Shown here: positions 61,211 to 64,000 of the stretch, one piece after another
Numbering within the stretch: position 1 is the stretch's first letter
Layout of the letters: each line of letters begins with the position of its first letter
Source: an uncultured delta proteobacterium
Lineage (GTDB): Bacteria; Desulfobacterota; Binatia; Binatales; Binataceae
NCBI GenBank assembly: GCA_963794325.1
Contig: CAWCDG010000005.1
Coordinates: 96,001 to 160,000, forward strand
Direction: 5' to 3'
DNA: 64,000 bases
The notes under the pieces: generated by a model
The model's database searches: none
The model's input: the letters and a program-made list of their open reading frames with translations, nothing else
Told to the model about the DNA's origin: nothing
Position numbers and translations under genes: made by a program

Positions 61211-61391
61211 CGCAATTCCGATTCTCCTGAAAAAAGTCGAGGTTTGATTTAAGAGCGGCGCCCGCCGCGCAATTGAATCAGTGAATACGCCGATAATAGC
61301 CGGGCGATCACCCTCTGGGTATCTGGCGCAGTCTAGGTTTTCCTGACCGCGAAGTCCAGTAATCGGCGGGGTGGGCCTTCGGAAGAAGAAG

Positions 61392-61419
61392 AGGCCCCGG
61401 CGCGACGGCCGGGGCCTTT
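61392..61419. terminator. Intrinsic terminator-like hairpin
   Basis: aggccccggc-gcgacg-gccggggcct. Confidence 0.7.
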
Positions 61420-61446
61420 GAGATCCTGACGATTCAAACCTTCAGA

Positions 61447-62421
61447 TCACGGCGCTTTCAGGTTCACGTTGGCGCACGGTCCATCGACAACCGTCTGCAC
61501 CAGGTTGGTGCCAGAGTTTTTCTGCGCTTTCAGCGATGCAGTGCTGCCGCGGCAATTCATAGTTACGCCGTCGGAGTGATTCTTGCTCGCAGTCACGCCG
61601 GAAATGATGCCAAATCTTCCGGGGCCGAAATCGATACCGGTCCCCGCGTTGCCGGTCGATTTGCTCGCCGTGACCATGTTCTCGCTGCTCGACGGGAACT
61701 CGATTCCGTCGTCCCCATTGCCGGATATGGTTGATTTGATAACGCCATTGTCGTCGCTGGCCAGTTCGACGCCGACGGAGGAGTTTTTCTGGATTTTGCT
61801 GCTAACCACGAAGCTGCAGCAATCTGACATTTCCACGCCGACGCCGGTGTTTTTGCTGACCGTGCTTCCGACCAACGTATTGCAGCAGCTCGTGATAACG
61901 ATTCCGCCACCGTGGTTACCGTTAGCCTGGACCTTGGTCAAACTGCTGTCGTCCGAGAGTATGTGGATGCCGACGCCACCGTTGTTGTTCGAGGTGACCG
62001 AGCTCAGCGTGTTGCAACACTCTTTGATGAGGATACCGTCACCGGTGTTATTCGAGGTATTGAGGTTGGAAATTATCGCACTGCCCGAGGTGGGCAGGCT
62101 GACGCCCGAGGCAAAGTTGCGGATTTTGCCGTTGGCGATGATTGCGTTATCGCGATCGCCGCCGTCGTCGACGATCCCGGAACCGCTGCCGTTGCCAGTA
62201 ATGGTCTTTCCATTCAAATCGATCGCTACATTGTCTGCGGCAATTATCAGGCAGTCGGTGGTGGCGCTAAGGTTGGTGGTCAGCACGTAATTCCCCGGCG
62301 CCGCGAGCGTTCCGCACATGGACACCATGGTGCTTGCCGTCGCGCGCCCGCAGAGGCCGCCAATCAGCAACATCGCAAATAGCGCAGCGGTAAGCCGCCG
62401 CGCCGAAAACTCGATATTCAT
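61447..62421 (-). CDS. Secreted right-handed beta-helix repeat protein with CC/DD rungs
   Basis: GGAGG RBS, signal peptide, CG.L..PG.Y.L..NL cap, N...GI repeats. Confidence 0.85.
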   Translation of the reverse strand: MNIEFSARRLTAALFAMLLIGGLCGRATASTMVSMCGTLAAPGNYVLTTNLSATTDCLIIAADNVAIDLNGKTITGNGSGSGIVDDGGDRDNAIIANGKIRNFASGVSLPTSGSAIISNLNTSNNTGDGILIKECCNTLSSVTSNNNGGVGIHILSDDSSLTKVQANGNHGGGIVITSCCNTLVGSTVSKNTGVGVEMSDCCSFVVSSKIQKNSSVGVELASDDNGVIKSTISGNGDDGIEFPSSSENMVTASKSTGNAGTGIDFGPGRFGIISGVTASKNHSDGVTMNCRGSTASLKAQKNSGTNLVQTVVDGPCANVNLKAP

Positions 62422-62521
62422 AAGTCCCCTCCCGTTGATGATCCCGAACGGTTCATGCATACGCCCCGGGATCAGGTCCGAACATCTGATGCATTGGTTC
62501 ATCGTCTTCAGCCCAGCCGTC

Positions 62522-63490
62522 CTAATTCAGCTTGTTGTTCAGCTGGGTGCAGGTGCCGCCAGAGGTCGACAATGGACCGCCGTTGTTGTTTCTGGTCGTC
62601 AGGCCAGTGATCGCGCCCGGACATTCCACGCTGGCGCCCGCGCCCTGATTTCCACTGGCTACACTGCTCGTGATCTGATTGTCAGTGCCGGCCAGCAAAA
62701 TCCCGTTGCCGGTGTTGCTGCTGGCGTTGGTGCGGGTGACAAGATTGTCGCTGTTGGTGAGATTCGCTCCGTTGCCGTGGTTAAGCGCGACAGTGCTTTC
62801 GATGACGAAGTTGCAGCATCCCGACAGGGCGACACCGTCGGCACTGTTGCTCTGCACTTTGCTGGAAATCACGAAGTTGCAGCAATCGTTTCCAGACACC
62901 CCGGTCGCGCCATTGCCGGAAACGGTACTGTTGGAGACGGTTGTGCAACAACCAGTCGCGATTATGCCGCCGCCTGGGCCGTTGTGGTTCACCTGAACGT
63001 TGTTCAGCGTGTAGCAGCAACTCAGGGCCATAATTCCGGTGGTGCCGTTACTGTTCGTCGTTACGGAATCGAGCGTGCCACAGCACTCACCCACCAGGAT
63101 CCCGGTCGCGGTGTTATTTGACGAATCGACGTTGCGGATCACCACACAGCATGAGGTGTCGAGTCCGATGCCGACGCTGAAGTTGCGAATCTTGCCGTTC
63201 GCAATTGCCATCGACTCGAAGTTGCCGCCGCCGTCGGAGATTCCGTCGCCGGTGCCGTTACCTGTGATGGTGTGCCCTTTCATGTCGAGCGAAACGCCTT
63301 CGCTGCCGATGACGATACAGGTACCCGTCGATGTCAGATTCTTCGTCAGGAAATAATTCCCCGCCGCAGACAACGTCCCGCAGGCTGATACTGCGGTGTC
63401 GGCGCGGGATGGCGACGAGGCCAACACCAGCAGCGTCAACGCGCCCAATACGCCGACAGCGTATCCTCTGAAACCCCTCTCGAATGACAT
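62522..63490 (-). CDS. Secreted right-handed beta-helix repeat protein with six CC rungs
   Basis: GGAGG RBS, signal peptide, same cap, ~22-aa repeats. Confidence 0.87.
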   Translation of the reverse strand: MSFERGFRGYAVGVLGALTLLVLASSPSRADTAVSACGTLSAAGNYFLTKNLTSTGTCIVIGSEGVSLDMKGHTITGNGTGDGISDGGGNFESMAIANGKIRNFSVGIGLDTSCCVVIRNVDSSNNTATGILVGECCGTLDSVTTNSNGTTGIMALSCCYTLNNVQVNHNGPGGGIIATGCCTTVSNSTVSGNGATGVSGNDCCNFVISSKVQSNSADGVALSGCCNFVIESTVALNHGNGANLTNSDNLVTRTNASSNTGNGILLAGTDNQITSSVASGNQGAGASVECPGAITGLTTRNNNGGPLSTSGGTCTQLNNKLN

Positions 63491-63630
63491 AGTTCCTCCC
63501 CTGACCGCTCTGCGGAAATTGGCGCTAAATCGAATTTCGTAGAAGCGCACGAAGGTGAAGCGAACTCGAATGCGCCGCGAGCGGTCGCCAGAGCTTATGC
63601 GCGACGTCGAGGCGATTGCAACTCAGATAA

Positions 63631-64000
63631 CTAAATGTAGAGTGCAGCGATTTTCTTGAGCATCACTTCTGTGTTCTCGAATGTCAGTTCTCCCAGGCCT
63701 GCGACGAAGCGGCCCGCGCCGGATTGCGCGAACTCCTTCAGGCCTTCCTGTACTGTTGCGCGGTCGCCGCGGATGCCGCCCATGATGGTGATATCGAGGT
63801 CCGCGAAATTTCTGCCGATGGCGCTGCATTCGCGCTTGAGTTCGTCGACGCGAGTCTTCAACTGCGCCGGGTTCAGTGCGATCGGGCACCATCCGTCGGC
63901 CCATTTCGCTACACGCTTGAGTGCGTTCTTGTCGAGGCTGCCGATCAGAACAGGAGGCCCTGATTTCTGCGCCGGCTTGGGCATCGACTTCACCGGCGGG
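63631..64000 (-). CDS. LLM-class (luciferase-like) oxidoreductase, 3' part, truncated by window edge
   Basis: PKPAQ..GPPVLIG....ALKRVAKWADGWCP. Confidence 0.82.
   Translation of the reverse strand, partial: PPVKSMPKPAQKSGPPVLIGSLDKNALKRVAKWADGWCPIALNPAQLKTRVDELKRECSAIGRNFADLDITIMGGIRGDRATVQEGLKEFAQSGAGRFVAGLGELTFENTEVMLKKIAALYI

Overview
High-GC bacterial chromosomal window. Gene content (amidohydrolase, LLM, CoA-transferase and SDR enzymes, HpnR, headless complex I) suggests Candidatus Binatota or a relative, by inference only. It contains: a 2.73-kb tandem duplication of korAB; a nitroreductase-rhodanese-PduO-MBL-ligA cluster; rsmI-aroQ-accBC; purU; an 11-subunit nuoABCDHIJKLMN operon lacking nuoEFG, preceded by two IF1-like-helix/zinc-ribbon paralogs; assorted metabolic genes; two ArsR-SRPBCC loci with operator-like palindromes; a BNR-propeller/ubiquitin-like pair; hopanoid C-3 methylase hpnR; a K+-independent membrane pyrophosphatase; and two secreted beta-helix paralogs. 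At least four families of palindromic extragenic repeats occur. I saw no rRNA, tRNA, CRISPR array or transposase. Many genes carry single-base insertions that look like long-read consensus errors. Best novelty candidates: (1) beta-helix proteins with a Cys-Cys (or Asp-Asp) pair on successive ~22-residue rungs; (2) IF1-like/zinc-ribbon proteins next to headless complex I; (3) a HicB-like protein ending in an SRPBCC-like helix, inside an SRPBCC/Ubl/transglutaminase neighbourhood; (4) a hairpin plus TTAGGGG repeat family, two inverted copies of which bracket a detoxification gene pair.
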